NCBI GenBank assembly: GCA_041651115.1
Contig: JBAZJY010000004.1
Location: 14,114 to 78,113 of the forward strand
Length of the DNA: 64,000 bases
Source: Candidatus Omnitrophota bacterium
GTDB lineage: Bacteria; Omnitrophota; Gorgyraeia; Gygaellales; Profunditerraquicolaceae
Direction: 5' to 3'
Position numbers and translations under genes: made by a program. Within the stretch, counting starts at the first letter, position 1. Each line of letters starts with the position of its first letter. The notes below the pieces were generated by a model. That model ran no database searches. It saw nothing but the letters and a program-made list of their open reading frames with translations, and was not told where the DNA came from. Shown here piece after piece: positions 46,615 through 56,138 of this stretch.

Positions 46615-48531
46615 ATGTATGATGTTATAGTTATCGGAGCAGGGCATGCCGGAATCGAAGCGGCGCTGGCAGCAAGCCGTATAGGTTGTAAAACCCTGAT
46701 TGTGACTTTGCGGCTGGATAGTATCGGCGCCTTAAGCTGTAATCCGGCTATTGGCGGCGTGGGTAAGGGCCAGCTGGTAAAAGAGATTGATGCCTTAGGC
46801 GGTGAAATGGCAAAGGCAGCAGACAGCTGCGGCATACAATTCAGGGTGCTTAATGCTTCTAAGGGCGCTGCCGTGCAATCATCCCGGGCGCAGATTGATA
46901 TGGAACTGTATAAGAAATATATGCAATCGCTTTTAGCTGCCGCGCCAAACCTCTCCATAAAAGAAGCGGAAATAAAAAGCATGGCCGTGCGGGATGGACG
47001 CGTATGCGGCGTAATCACCGATAAAAAAGAAGAGATCATCTGCGGCTGCGTTGTGATCGCCCCGGGCACGTTCCTTGACGGCTTGATCCACGTCGGCCTG
47101 GATCATTTTTCCGGAGGCAGGATCAATGAGCCGGCAGCTTCCGGCCTTGCGCAAGATCTACGGCAGCTTGGATTTAACCTCCTGCGTTTTAAAACCGGCA
47201 CTTGTCCGCGGCTTGACGCTAAAACCATTGATTTCATTCGGCTAAAAATCCAGCAAGGCGATGATCCCGCAGCGCCGTTTTCTTTTTCCACGGAAAAGAT
47301 CAAACAAAAACAAGTCCCCTGTTACATTACCTATACGAACAATAAAACGCATAAGATCATCCTTAATAACCTGAATCGTTCTCCGCTTTATGCCGGGTTG
47401 ATAAAAGCAACCGGAGTAAGGTACTGCCCATCAATTGAAGATAAGGTAGTGAAATTCTCTGAACGGCCAAGGCATCAGGTATTCTTAGAGCCTCAAGGGT
47501 ATGACACGGATGAGATCTACCCCAACGGCCTCTCAACCAGCCTGCCTGAAGATGTGCAACTGGAAATGCTGCATTCTATTGAAGGGCTGGAACAGGCGCG
47601 GGTGATCCGTTTTGGCTATGGCATAGAGCATACGGTGGTTGAGCCTACCCAGCTTTATCCAAGCCTTGAAACGAAGCGCATAAAAAATCTTTTTCTTGCC
47701 GGCCAGATCAACGGCACAACCGGTTATGAGGAAGCAGCTGCGCAGGGATTGATCGCAGGCATAAATGCGGGGCTGGCCGTAAAAAATAAAGAGCCGCTGA
47801 TCTTAGATCGCTCATCCAGCTACATCGGCGTATTGCTGGATGACCTTACTACTAAGGGCACGCTTGAGCCTTACCGTATGTTCACTTCGCGCGTGGAATA
47901 CCGTTTACTTTTAAGAGAAGACAACGCCGACACTCGTCTCAGGCAGATCGGCAGCCGGTTGGGGCTGGTTTCAGACGAGGATTTACGTAAGACGAAAGAT
48001 AAGATCAAGGCAATTGATGCCGGGATAAATTATTTAAGGAAAACACGGGTAAGGCCCGGGCCGGAAGTGAATAAATTTTTACAAAACCTGGGGACTGCCG
48101 GCTTAAAAAAATCCGTTACCTTAGAGGAGATCTTAAAAAGGCCGCAGATAAATTTAAAGAACTTAATCGACCCCTGCCTGGGCGCAGGCTTGGAGATTGA
48201 AGAATGCGCTTTTCGACAGGTAGAAATCGAGGTAAAATATTCAGGGTTTATCCAAAGGCAGCTTAAGGAAATAGAAAGATTCACGCATCTTGAAAAGATA
48301 AAACTACCTGCGGTTATTGATTTCGCGGCGATTCCCGGGATTTCACGGGAGATCAAGGAAAAGCTTAAAGCTTTCCGGCCGCTTAACCTTGGCCAGGCAT
48401 CGCGCATCTCCGGAGTAACCCCGGCAGCGATATCGATTCTGATGGTATATTTGAAGAAATTCACGGTTAGGGACGGTTCTCAGCCAAGGAGAAAAATGTC
48501 CCCGAATGGGGACACTTTTCCCTTGGGCTGA
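46615..48531 (+). CDS. mnmG: tRNA uridine-5-carboxymethylaminomethyl modification enzyme MnmG (GidA). Its last about 20 codons are encoded by a palindromic repeat element.
   Basis: The FAD motif is MYDVIVIGAGHAGIEAALAASRIG, with GidA-family homology throughout. The C-terminal tail ...TVRDGSQPRRKMSPNGDTFPLG is read from the repeat at 48465-48546. Confidence 0.85.
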   Translation: MYDVIVIGAGHAGIEAALAASRIGCKTLIVTLRLDSIGALSCNPAIGGVGKGQLVKEIDALGGEMAKAADSCGIQFRVLNASKGAAVQSSRAQIDMELYKKYMQSLLAAAPNLSIKEAEIKSMAVRDGRVCGVITDKKEEIICGCVVIAPGTFLDGLIHVGLDHFSGGRINEPAASGLAQDLRQLGFNLLRFKTGTCPRLDAKTIDFIRLKIQQGDDPAAPFSFSTEKIKQKQVPCYITYTNNKTHKIILNNLNRSPLYAGLIKATGVRYCPSIEDKVVKFSERPRHQVFLEPQGYDTDEIYPNGLSTSLPEDVQLEMLHSIEGLEQARVIRFGYGIEHTVVEPTQLYPSLETKRIKNLFLAGQINGTTGYEEAAAQGLIAGINAGLAVKNKEPLILDRSSSYIGVLLDDLTTKGTLEPYRMFTSRVEYRLLLREDNADTRLRQIGSRLGLVSDEDLRKTKDKIKAIDAGINYLRKTRVRPGPEVNKFLQNLGTAGLKKSVTLEEILKRPQINLKNLIDPCLGAGLEIEECAFRQVEIEVKYSGFIQRQLKEIERFTHLEKIKLPAVIDFAAIPGISREIKEKLKAFRPLNLGQASRISGVTPAAISILMVYLKKFTVRDGSQPRRKMSPNGDTFPLG

Positions 48532-48546
48532 GAACCGTCCCTAAGC
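48465..48546. repeat. Solo about-80-bp palindromic (MITE/REP-like) element made of the two IS ends head-to-head: ttagggacggttctcagcc...ggggaca...ggctgagaaccgtccctaa
   Basis: Its arms are the same as the IS200-like element ends at 45982-46612, and it forms an imperfect hairpin about 80 nt long. Confidence 0.65.
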
Positions 48547-48549
48547 AAT

Positions 48550-49215
48550 ATGACTGATAATTACCTTTCGTTAAAAAAGTTCTGCCTTGAGGCGGGCGCC
48601 GACCTATTCGGCGTTGCTGACATTAAAGCTGTGCGCGATGAATTTATGCTCTCAAAAGAGGGCAGGGAAAAGCTTAGCCGCGCAGTATGCATTGCCGCAA
48701 GGTTATCGCCGGCAGTTTTAGAAGAGATAAAAGACGCGCCCACGCGGTTATATTTTCACCACTATAAAACCGCGAATGCATTCCTGGACCAGCTGGCGTT
48801 TAAAACAGCAAGCTTTATCCAGAAAAAAGGGTTTCTGGCCATACCCATACCCGCATCGCAGATCGTTGATTGGCAAAAACAAACAGCGCACTTATCGCAT
48901 AAAAAGATCAGCCTGCTGGCAGGGCTTGGCTGGATCGGCAGGAATAATTTATTGGTGAATAAAAGATTAGGCAGCCGGATGCGCCTGGCAACCATCCTGA
49001 CGGATATGCCGCTTAAAACCGATAAGCCAACTAAAGATAATTGCGGTAACTGCCGATTGTGCCTCAAGCTTTGTCCTGCCGGAGCGATAAAAGATGACCC
49101 GGCTGATTTTGACCATATTAAATGTTTTGAAAAATTAAAAGAATTCCAGAAGCAGCGTTTAGTGGACCAGTATGTCTGCGGGGTCTGCGTTAATGCCTGC
49201 GGAGCGAAAAAATAA
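48550..49215 (+). CDS. 4Fe-4S ferredoxin-domain protein, possibly QueG-like (epoxyqueuosine reductase type)
   Basis: The Cys motif is CGNCRLCLKLCPAGAI and a second Cys cluster is CGVCVNACG. ...LLVNKRLGSRMRLATILTD resembles a QueG core segment. Confidence 0.35.
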   Translation: MTDNYLSLKKFCLEAGADLFGVADIKAVRDEFMLSKEGREKLSRAVCIAARLSPAVLEEIKDAPTRLYFHHYKTANAFLDQLAFKTASFIQKKGFLAIPIPASQIVDWQKQTAHLSHKKISLLAGLGWIGRNNLLVNKRLGSRMRLATILTDMPLKTDKPTKDNCGNCRLCLKLCPAGAIKDDPADFDHIKCFEKLKEFQKQRLVDQYVCGVCVNACGAKK

Positions 49216-49252
49216 GCCACAGGTTTCTTGACATAGCGGTATAATAGGATAT

Positions 49253-50239
49253 ATGTATATTTTTCTGGTTGGCGTTACTTTATTAATGGGTATTGCCGTT
49301 GGCTGGTCAATCGGCGCCAATGACGCCGCTAATTCATTAGGCACGGCAGTTGGTTCGCGCGTGCTTAACCTGAAACAGGCAATCGTCTTAATCTGTATTT
49401 TTGGCTTTCTGGGCGCGTATTTTCAGGGGTCGCATGTTGTCAATACCATTGGAAAAGGTATTGTGCCGATGGACCAACTGGATAAACCTCTGGCCATATA
49501 CCTTGCCTTGGTAGCTTCTTTTGCCGCCTGCGCATGGGTAGTCCTGGCTACCTATTGGAAAATGCCGATCTCTACCAGCCATTCCATTGTCGGTGCAGTT
49601 GCCGGAGCGGGCTTGGCAATAAGCGCGCCGGTTAGATGGAAGATCCTTTTGGATATATTTATCTGTTGGTTGTTCACGCCTATCGGCGCGGCTGTTCTAG
49701 GTTATATTTTTTACCGCGTCTTCAAGAACATTTTTTACCGTATTGTTCCCCGAAAATACTTAAGGCCCGTATTAGCGGGTTTGATTATTACCAGCGGATG
49801 TTATGTCGCTTATACCTGGGGCGCCAACGACGTTGCTAATGCCGTAGGCGTGATCTCCGGCTCGGGTATTATTTCCGTGAATATAAGCACGATTATCGGG
49901 GGCGCGGCAATACTTTTGGGCATTGTGACATGGGGCTATAAAGTTATTGAAACAGTCGGCTCGGAGATAGCCCATTTGCTGCCGATCATGGCGTTTTCCG
50001 TACAGCTGGCCAGCGCCATAAACGTCCATGTTTATACGGGGTTCGGTATCCCGGTTTCTACCAGCCATTCCATTGTCGGCGCGATCTTTGGGGTCGGCCT
50101 GGTAAGGGGCGTGCATGTTTTAAACTTGCGCATTATCAGGGAAATAGTTTTTTGTTGGTTGGCTACGCCGTTTATTTCCGGCGTGATCGGTTTTCTTATC
50201 CTTAAAGGGCTTATGGTTTTTCTAAAAATAGGAGGTTAA
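49253..50239 (+). CDS. Inorganic phosphate transporter of the PiT family
   Basis: The duplicated PiT signature GANDxAN is present as IGANDAANSLGTAVGS and WGANDVANAVGVISGS, and the whole protein is multi-TM. Confidence 0.8.
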   Translation: MYIFLVGVTLLMGIAVGWSIGANDAANSLGTAVGSRVLNLKQAIVLICIFGFLGAYFQGSHVVNTIGKGIVPMDQLDKPLAIYLALVASFAACAWVVLATYWKMPISTSHSIVGAVAGAGLAISAPVRWKILLDIFICWLFTPIGAAVLGYIFYRVFKNIFYRIVPRKYLRPVLAGLIITSGCYVAYTWGANDVANAVGVISGSGIISVNISTIIGGAAILLGIVTWGYKVIETVGSEIAHLLPIMAFSVQLASAINVHVYTGFGIPVSTSHSIVGAIFGVGLVRGVHVLNLRIIREIVFCWLATPFISGVIGFLILKGLMVFLKIGG

Positions 50240-50241
50240 CG

Positions 50242-50910
50242 ATGAAAGAGATGCGTAATATTTTAGGGTGGCTGGGCATGGCAGAAGAAGAATCAATCCT
50301 GCAGGACGCGCAAAAGCATGTTGAGGAAACTTATAAAACGGTTACTTATTTTGCCGAAGCGGTAAAGGCTTTTATCGGAGGAGATTTGGAGGCTAAGACC
50401 GTAGCGATTGAAAAAGTGAGGGAAAGCGAGCACCAGGCGGATATCTTAAGGTCAAAAATGGTCAATGAGCTATCGGAGAGCCTGTTGCTTCCTCCGGACA
50501 GGGAAGACCTTATGCATTTCGTGAAGACTTTGGATAAGATCGCGGACTGGACTAACGGCGCAGCGCGACTGCTGGGTTTTATTGAACAAAAACTTCCGGA
50601 GAATGTTTTGAAAAATATCTCGCTGGCTACCGAGCTGATCGTTTCTTCGGTTTCTAAATTGAAAGAAGGCATCCAGGCAGTGATCAAAAATGACCTTAAG
50701 AAGGCGCTTGCCGATTCCGAGGCTGTAGGCCGCTTGGAACATGACGCCGATGACCAGAAAAAAACGCTGATCGAGGCGATCATACATACCAAGCTTGAGC
50801 CGGCAACGCTCTTGTTATCTTATCAGTTGGCAGAATACCTTGAAGGCGTAACCGATAAAATAGAAGACGCCGCTGATTTTATCAAAGTAGTGGCGATCAA
50901 AGCCAGGTAA
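50242..50910 (+). CDS. DUF47 (PhoU-like, Pit accessory) protein
   Basis: It shows the DUF47/TIGR00153-type helical-bundle pattern, lies directly downstream of the PiT gene in the conserved pairing, and has an ATGA start-stop overlap with the next gene. Confidence 0.6.
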   Translation: MKEMRNILGWLGMAEEESILQDAQKHVEETYKTVTYFAEAVKAFIGGDLEAKTVAIEKVRESEHQADILRSKMVNELSESLLLPPDREDLMHFVKTLDKIADWTNGAARLLGFIEQKLPENVLKNISLATELIVSSVSKLKEGIQAVIKNDLKKALADSEAVGRLEHDADDQKKTLIEAIIHTKLEPATLLLSYQLAEYLEGVTDKIEDAADFIKVVAIKAR

Positions 50911-50911
50911 G

Positions 50912-51601
50912 ATGAAAGAAAAGATCCTGATCGTTGATGATGAAAAAGACATAGCCAGAATGATCGACTATAACCTTAAAAAAGAAGGTTTCCGGACCGC
51001 GCTTGCCTATGACGGCGAAGAAGCCTTAAGGTCGGCAAACAGGGGCGGCATAGATCTGATACTTTTAGATCTGATGCTTCCCGGCAAGGATGGCCTGGAA
51101 GTATGCAAAGCGCTTAAGAATGACGCTAAAACCGCTTCTGTCCCGGTAATCATGCTGACTGCCAAATCTCATGAAGCGGATAAGATTGTTGGTTTAGAGT
51201 TGGGCGCCGATGATTATATTACCAAGCCATTCAGCCCGAAAGAACTGATCGCACGCATCAAGGCGGTGTTGCGCCGCGTAAAAGGCAAGCAGGAATTGCC
51301 CGAAATATTAAAGATCGGCAGCCTAATGATAGATTTTTCCAAGATCGGCGTAAGCGTAGGTAACAAGCCGGTGGAATTAACGGCAAAAGAATTTGAGCTG
51401 CTTAAGGCGCTGGTTAAGTCAAGGGGTAGGGTAATGTCCCGCGACAGCCTTTTGGATGCAGTCTGGGGTTTTGAAAACGCGCTGGAAATCCAGACCCGTA
51501 CCGTAGACGTGCATATAAGGACTTTACGCAAAAAATTAAAAAAAGAATCAGGGCGGATAATCACCGTCAAGAATTACGGCTACCGGTTTGAGGCCGGGTA
51601 A
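50912..51601 (+). CDS. phoB: OmpR/PhoB-family response regulator
   Basis: REC domain (ILIVDDE...[14 protein letters not shown]...) plus a winged-helix trans-regulatory domain (...[14 protein letters not shown]...GYRF). Confidence 0.8.
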   Translation: MKEKILIVDDEKDIARMIDYNLKKEGFRTALAYDGEEALRSANRGGIDLILLDLMLPGKDGLEVCKALKNDAKTASVPVIMLTAKSHEADKIVGLELGADDYITKPFSPKELIARIKAVLRRVKGKQELPEILKIGSLMIDFSKIGVSVGNKPVELTAKEFELLKALVKSRGRVMSRDSLLDAVWGFENALEIQTRTVDVHIRTLRKKLKKESGRIITVKNYGYRFEAG

Positions 51602-51620
51602 GTAACGCCGTTACTAACAT

Positions 51621-53396
51621 ATGTTTATCAAAAATAGCCTTAGATTAAGATTAACTCTTTCCTATGCTAGCGTCATAATCATTTCCTTCGGTCTGCTCGC
51701 TTTTTTCCTCTACAAAAATCTGGAAGAACGGTCTTTAAAAAATACAGCCTCTTTGCTTACGGCTCAAGGGCGGTTGATCGAATCTTATATTATTCCCGGT
51801 AATTTAAGCACTGAAGATAGCGCCTACCTGGATTCTTTTATCAGGAAATTAGGGCAGCAGATAAATTATCGGGTAACGATCATTGATGCAAACGGTAGAG
51901 TGTTAGCTGATTCTCAGGAGGCACGGGAAGCCGCATTAAATATGGAAAATCATGGCAACAGGCCGGAAGTAAAAAGCGCCATGTCAGGCTCAATTGGCCA
52001 AGCAATACGCTATTCTTCTACATTAAAAAGAGAAATGCTTTATATTGCCCTGCCTTTAAAGGCAGGGGATAAGATCTCGGGAGTTTTAAGGCTTTCACTG
52101 CCGCTGGAAGGCGCGAAACAGGAATGGTTCGCGGTCAGGAATTCGCTTATCCGCGGATTATTCTTTGCATTAGGATTCGCCTTTGTCCTAGGCTCGGCAT
52201 TAGCCGGAACGACGGTAAAGCCGATCAAAAAAATGGTTAAAATTTCCCGTCGGTTCTCGCAAGGGGATTTTAGCCAGAGGATGCCGTGGTATTCGCCGAA
52301 TGAGATCGGAGAACTGGCAGTTGCGTTGAATGCTATGGCGCAAGAAATAGAAGATAAAATGCGTAAAATACAGCTGCAGGGCCAGCAGCTGGAAGTTATA
52401 TTTAACAGCATGGTTGAGGGGGTGATCGCAACCGATAGATCCGGCCGCATAATTTCCCTGAATTCCGCCGTAAAAAAAATATTCGGGATTACCGGCGAAG
52501 AAGCCCAGGGAAAATTATTCCTTGAGGCGATACGCAATAATGATATCTCTGAAATAATAAACAGTGCGTTGAAGACGGGGGCTTTTGTATCCCGGGAGTT
52601 GAATCTCGCTTGGCCCGTAGAAGGCATATTTGAGGCCAGTGCCTCGCCGGTCTTTGATAAGGCGGGAGTGAACGGTTGCCTTCTGGTGTTGCATGATATA
52701 ACCAAGATGAGAAGACTTGAAACCATCCGCAGGGACTTTGTCGCCAATGTTTCCCACGAGTTAAAAACTCCGCTTACTTCGATCAAGGGCTTTGTGGAAA
52801 CGCTGCTTGAGGGCGCGATAGAAGATAAAAATAATGCCCGGCAGTTTTTAGAAATAATCCGCGAGCACGCTAACAGGCTCAATAACCTGATTAATGACCT
52901 GTTGGAATTGTCGCATATTGAATCCAGGGGGATCAAATTAGATATAACGCAGGTAAACTTGAAAAACCTTACGGATAAGGTAGTTTCCGGCTTTGCCACA
53001 CAATTGAAGAAAAAATCGCTTATCTTCTATAACGAATTACCCGTTGGGCTTACGGTTAAAGCCGATAACGAAAAAATAGAGCAGGTTTTTACCAACCTTA
53101 TCGATAACGCGATTAAATTCAATAAAGAAAACGGGTTCGTAAGTGTTTCTTCCGAAGTTCGGGATAATAAGATGAAAATCATGGTTGAGGATTCCGGCAC
53201 CGGGATTCCCGCTAAGGACCTCCCGCGTATTTTTGAGCGGTTTTACCGCGTAGATAAGGCGCGTTCGCGCGAATTAGGCGGTACAGGCCTCGGCCTTTCT
53301 ATAGTTAAGCATATCATTGAGCTGCATTCGGGAAAAGTAGGGGTAGAAAGCCTTGAAGGCGCCGGTTCAAAATTCTGGTTTATCCTGCCGCTCTGA
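51621..53396 (+). CDS. phoR: PhoR-like sensor histidine kinase
   Basis: Two TM segments, HAMP, PAS, a HisKA H-box (VANVSHELKTPLTSI), and HATPase_c N, G1 and G2 boxes (NLIDNAIKF, DSGTGIP, GGTGLGLSIVKHI). Confidence 0.8.
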   Translation: MFIKNSLRLRLTLSYASVIIISFGLLAFFLYKNLEERSLKNTASLLTAQGRLIESYIIPGNLSTEDSAYLDSFIRKLGQQINYRVTIIDANGRVLADSQEAREAALNMENHGNRPEVKSAMSGSIGQAIRYSSTLKREMLYIALPLKAGDKISGVLRLSLPLEGAKQEWFAVRNSLIRGLFFALGFAFVLGSALAGTTVKPIKKMVKISRRFSQGDFSQRMPWYSPNEIGELAVALNAMAQEIEDKMRKIQLQGQQLEVIFNSMVEGVIATDRSGRIISLNSAVKKIFGITGEEAQGKLFLEAIRNNDISEIINSALKTGAFVSRELNLAWPVEGIFEASASPVFDKAGVNGCLLVLHDITKMRRLETIRRDFVANVSHELKTPLTSIKGFVETLLEGAIEDKNNARQFLEIIREHANRLNNLINDLLELSHIESRGIKLDITQVNLKNLTDKVVSGFATQLKKKSLIFYNELPVGLTVKADNEKIEQVFTNLIDNAIKFNKENGFVSVSSEVRDNKMKIMVEDSGTGIPAKDLPRIFERFYRVDKARSRELGGTGLGLSIVKHIIELHSGKVGVESLEGAGSKFWFILPL

Positions 53397-53408
53397 TCAC
53401 CGTAGGCT

Positions 53409-53461
53409 TTACACAGATTTTACATTAACTTAATACAGCCATAACATAATACAGGTATAAT
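53409..53461 (+). promoter_or_regulatory. Candidate Pho-box promoter for pstS: TTACAC-N5-TTACAT at 53409-53425 and a -10 TATAAT at 53456-53461
   Basis: These are direct hexamer repeats with 11-bp periodicity in the style of the Bacillus PhoP TT(A/T/C)ACA boxes, plus TAATACAG...TAATACAG direct repeats at 53431-53454. Confidence 0.35.
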
Positions 53462-53470
53462 AATGGCTAG

Positions 53471-53550
53471 TTAGGGACGGTTCTCAAGCTAATCGTAAAG
53501 TGTCCCTAAAAAGGGGACACTTTAGCTTTAAGTTGAGAACCGTCCCTAAA
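53471..53550. repeat. Solo about-80-bp palindromic (MITE/REP-like) element in the pstS 5' leader: ttagggacggttctcaagctaatcgtaaagtgtcccctaaaaaggggacactttagctttaagttgagaaccgtccctaaa
   Basis: It is almost perfectly self-complementary, and its arms are the same as the IS ends at 45982-46612. Confidence 0.65.
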
Positions 53551-53567
53551 ATAAGAAAGGAGAAACT

Positions 53568-54419
53568 ATGCTTAAGCGGTTAATCGTATTATTCTTTGCA
53601 TTCTCATTTTCTGGAAGCGCTATGGCCGCGCCGTCTAAAAATATGGTTCAGATTAAGGGTTCGGATACGATGGTTAACCTTGCCCAGGCCTGGGCAGAAA
53701 AGCAAATGGAAGATAACCCCGGGGATTTTATTGCCGTTACCGGCGGAGGCTCGGGTACCGGGCTTTCCAGCCTGATCAGCGGGACTTGCGATATCGCAAT
53801 GAGTTCAAGGGATATCAAGGAAAAAGAAATTGCTTTGGCCCGGCAAAAGGGCATAGAGCCGTATGAGATCAAAGTCGCCCTGGACGGTTTGGCAGTAGTG
53901 GTTAATCCCAATAATCCAGTAACAAATTTAACCGTCAGCCAATTGGCAGATATTTTTACAGGAAAAGTTACTAATTGGAAAGAAGTCGGCGGCAGCGACT
54001 TAAGGATCGTGATATTATCGCGCGAAGTAAATTCCGGCACGCATGTTTATTTTAAAGAGCATGTTTTAAGGAACAATGACCCGGCTTCAAAAGAAGAATT
54101 CGCTCCCGGAGCGCTGTTGCTTTCTTCTTCGCAGGCAATTGCCGATGAAGTAGCGCAGAATTCTTCGGCAATCGGTTATTACGGTATGGGTTATGTTTCA
54201 GCAAAACAAAAAGCAGTGCATGTGGCCAAAGATGAAAAATCGGAGTTTGTTGCGCCGGTGATTGAGAACGTAATAAACGGCAAATATCCCATTTCCCGGC
54301 CGCTGTTTATTTATACTAACGGCCAGCCCCAGGGATTGGTGAAAAAGTTCGTGGATTTTATCCTTTCCAAAGAAGGCCAGGAAATCGTCCTGAAGACGGA
54401 TTTTGTCCCTATAAAATAA
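53568..54419 (+). CDS. pstS: Phosphate ABC transporter substrate-binding protein PstS
   Basis: A signal peptide plus the PstS-family motifs IKGSDTMVNLAQAWAE...GGGSGTG... Confidence 0.85.
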   Translation: MLKRLIVLFFAFSFSGSAMAAPSKNMVQIKGSDTMVNLAQAWAEKQMEDNPGDFIAVTGGGSGTGLSSLISGTCDIAMSSRDIKEKEIALARQKGIEPYEIKVALDGLAVVVNPNNPVTNLTVSQLADIFTGKVTNWKEVGGSDLRIVILSREVNSGTHVYFKEHVLRNNDPASKEEFAPGALLLSSSQAIADEVAQNSSAIGYYGMGYVSAKQKAVHVAKDEKSEFVAPVIENVINGKYPISRPLFIYTNGQPQGLVKKFVDFILSKEGQEIVLKTDFVPIK

Positions 54420-54426
54420 ACTTGCA

Positions 54427-55290
54427 ATGCGCAAAATAAAAGAATTCATCATTGAAAAGTTGATCCTCATCTGCGGATTGGCTTCAATATTTTTCGTGGT
54501 GCTGATCTTTCTGTTTTTACTGAAGGAAGGCCTTGCGGTATTCAAGTTTACCGGCGTATTTGATTTCCTCGGCGGCAAGAGCTGGTATCCGATATCCGAA
54601 CCTCCGCAATTGGGCATCCTGCCTTTGATCATGGGCTCGCTGCTGGTTACTCTGGGGGCGGCGATAATTTCCATCCCTATTGGAGTTGCCTGCGCAGTAT
54701 ATATTGCCGAGATCGCTCCCGGTAAGATCAAGGAAGTGCTTAAGGCCGGCATTGAGCTCCTGGCTGCCATCCCTAGCGTTGTCCTGGGTTTTATCGGCAT
54801 GGTTACGCTTGTGCCGTGGGTAAAGAATATCTTTCATCTTCCCACCGGTTTGACCGCCTTATCCGGCTCAATTATGCTGGCATTTATGGCAATGCCTACG
54901 ATTGTCTCCATTGCAGAAGACGCGCTTTATTCTGTGCCCAAATCATATAAAGAAGGTGCATTGGCATTGGGTGCAACTCAGTGGCAGGCGATCTACCGGG
55001 TAATGCTTCCGGCAGCTTCTTCGGGAATAGTAGCGGCAGTAATGCTTGGTATCGGCAGGGTGATCGGCGAAACAATGGCAGTAATGATGATTACCGGGAA
55101 TGCCGCGGTCATGCCGCAGAGTATTTTGCAGCCGGTGCGCACGTTGACCGCGACCATTGCCGCGGAAATGGGCGAAGCGGTAGTGGGCAGCGAACATTAT
55201 TTTGCGCTTTTTGCCATCGGTATAGTTTTATTCGTGATAAGCTTTATCATCAACGTAACCGCAGACCTGTTCCTGCACAAAAGGCAATAA
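54427..55290 (+). CDS. pstC: Phosphate ABC transporter permease PstC
   Basis: It shows the PstC TM topology and the EAA-like loop ...EGALALGATQWQAIYRVMLPAA. Confidence 0.85.
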   Translation: MRKIKEFIIEKLILICGLASIFFVVLIFLFLLKEGLAVFKFTGVFDFLGGKSWYPISEPPQLGILPLIMGSLLVTLGAAIISIPIGVACAVYIAEIAPGKIKEVLKAGIELLAAIPSVVLGFIGMVTLVPWVKNIFHLPTGLTALSGSIMLAFMAMPTIVSIAEDALYSVPKSYKEGALALGATQWQAIYRVMLPAASSGIVAAVMLGIGRVIGETMAVMMITGNAAVMPQSILQPVRTLTATIAAEMGEAVVGSEHYFALFAIGIVLFVISFIINVTADLFLHKRQ

Positions 55291-56138
55291 TGGCTAATCC
55301 GCAGCGCACGCAAAAAATCGCTTTTGCCTTTTTATTCCTTGCCACAGTCCTAATCGTTGTGCCGGTAGGATTGATCGTGGTAGTGATCATCCAGAAAGGC
55401 CTGCCGGCGATCAATTGGCAGTTCTTAAGTGATATGCCCAGGCAAGGCATGCGCGCAGGCGGTATCTTTCCGGCGATCGTAGGGACACTGTATCTGGTAA
55501 GCGGGGCGATTATCTTTGCCCTGCCCATCGGCCTAATGGCAGCAATATATCTTAGCGAATACAGCCGGGATAATTTTCTCACCCGGATCATTAAACTGGC
55601 GATTGTTAACCTTGCAGGCGTGCCCTCTGTGGTTTACGGGCTTTTTGGCCTTGCGCTTTTTGTCGTATTTTTTAAATTCGGGGCGTCAATACTTTCCGGG
55701 TCGCTTACTTTAGGGATCATGATCCTGCCGCTGATTATTACCACTTCCCGCGAAGCATTAGAGAGCGTGCCGCAGGTCTTTAGGGAAGTAAGCCTTTCTT
55801 TGGGCGCAAGTAAATGGCAGACCATTAGGCATATTGTCCTGCCCAACGCGGTTTCCGGCATTCTTACCGGCACAATACTGGGTTTAGGCAGGGCAGCGGG
55901 TGAAACTGCGCCTATACTTTTTACGGTCGCGGCATTTTACCTACCGCAGCTGCCTAGTTCTATTTTTGACCAGGCAATGGCTTTGCCGTATCATCTTTAT
56001 GTCATTTCCACGCAGGTGCCCAATGTAGATGAGAAGATAAGGTACGGTACGGCGTTAGTATTGCTGGTGATGGTTTTATTTGTGAACCTGGTGGCAATAC
56101 TTATCCGTTATAAATTCAGGAAGAAAAAGAAATGGTAA
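55290..56138 (+). CDS. pstA: Phosphate ABC transporter permease PstA. Its start overlaps the pstC stop as TAATG.
   Basis: MANPQRTQKIAFAFLFL... shows PstA homology (...SLGASKWQTIRHIVLP...). The upstream in-frame extension from 54981 overlaps pstC and is rejected. Confidence 0.8.
   Translation: MANPQRTQKIAFAFLFLATVLIVVPVGLIVVVIIQKGLPAINWQFLSDMPRQGMRAGGIFPAIVGTLYLVSGAIIFALPIGLMAAIYLSEYSRDNFLTRIIKLAIVNLAGVPSVVYGLFGLALFVVFFKFGASILSGSLTLGIMILPLIITTSREALESVPQVFREVSLSLGASKWQTIRHIVLPNAVSGILTGTILGLGRAAGETAPILFTVAAFYLPQLPSSIFDQAMALPYHLYVISTQVPNVDEKIRYGTALVLLVMVLFVNLVAILIRYKFRKKKKW

Noticed and set aside
49228-49245. A TTGACA ... TATAAT pair upstream of the PiT gene as a promoter.
   Set aside because: The two hexamers are separated by only 6 bp, so they cannot act as a -35/-10 pair. 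The TATAAT alone, 8 bp from the ATG, may or may not be a -10.
52040-52999. A 319-aa ORF antisense to phoR.
   Set aside because: It lies entirely inside a well-supported histidine-kinase gene on the opposite strand. Its protein is low-complexity and Ser/Ile-rich with no domain. It is a chance antisense ORF.
45982-53550. The possibility that the repeated 'ttagggacggttctca...ggggaca' elements are a CRISPR array.
   Set aside because: There are only three loci. They are self-palindromic or inverted rather than direct repeats with spacers, their spacing is irregular (multi-kb), and they match the ends of the adjacent IS200-like element.
54981-55289. A 5' extension of the pstA ORF that would make a 385-aa protein.
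   Set aside because: The extension overlaps the 3' end of pstC in another frame and encodes an Arg/Gly-rich, non-membrane sequence. The PstA homology starts at MANPQRTQK (55290) with a TAATG overlap.
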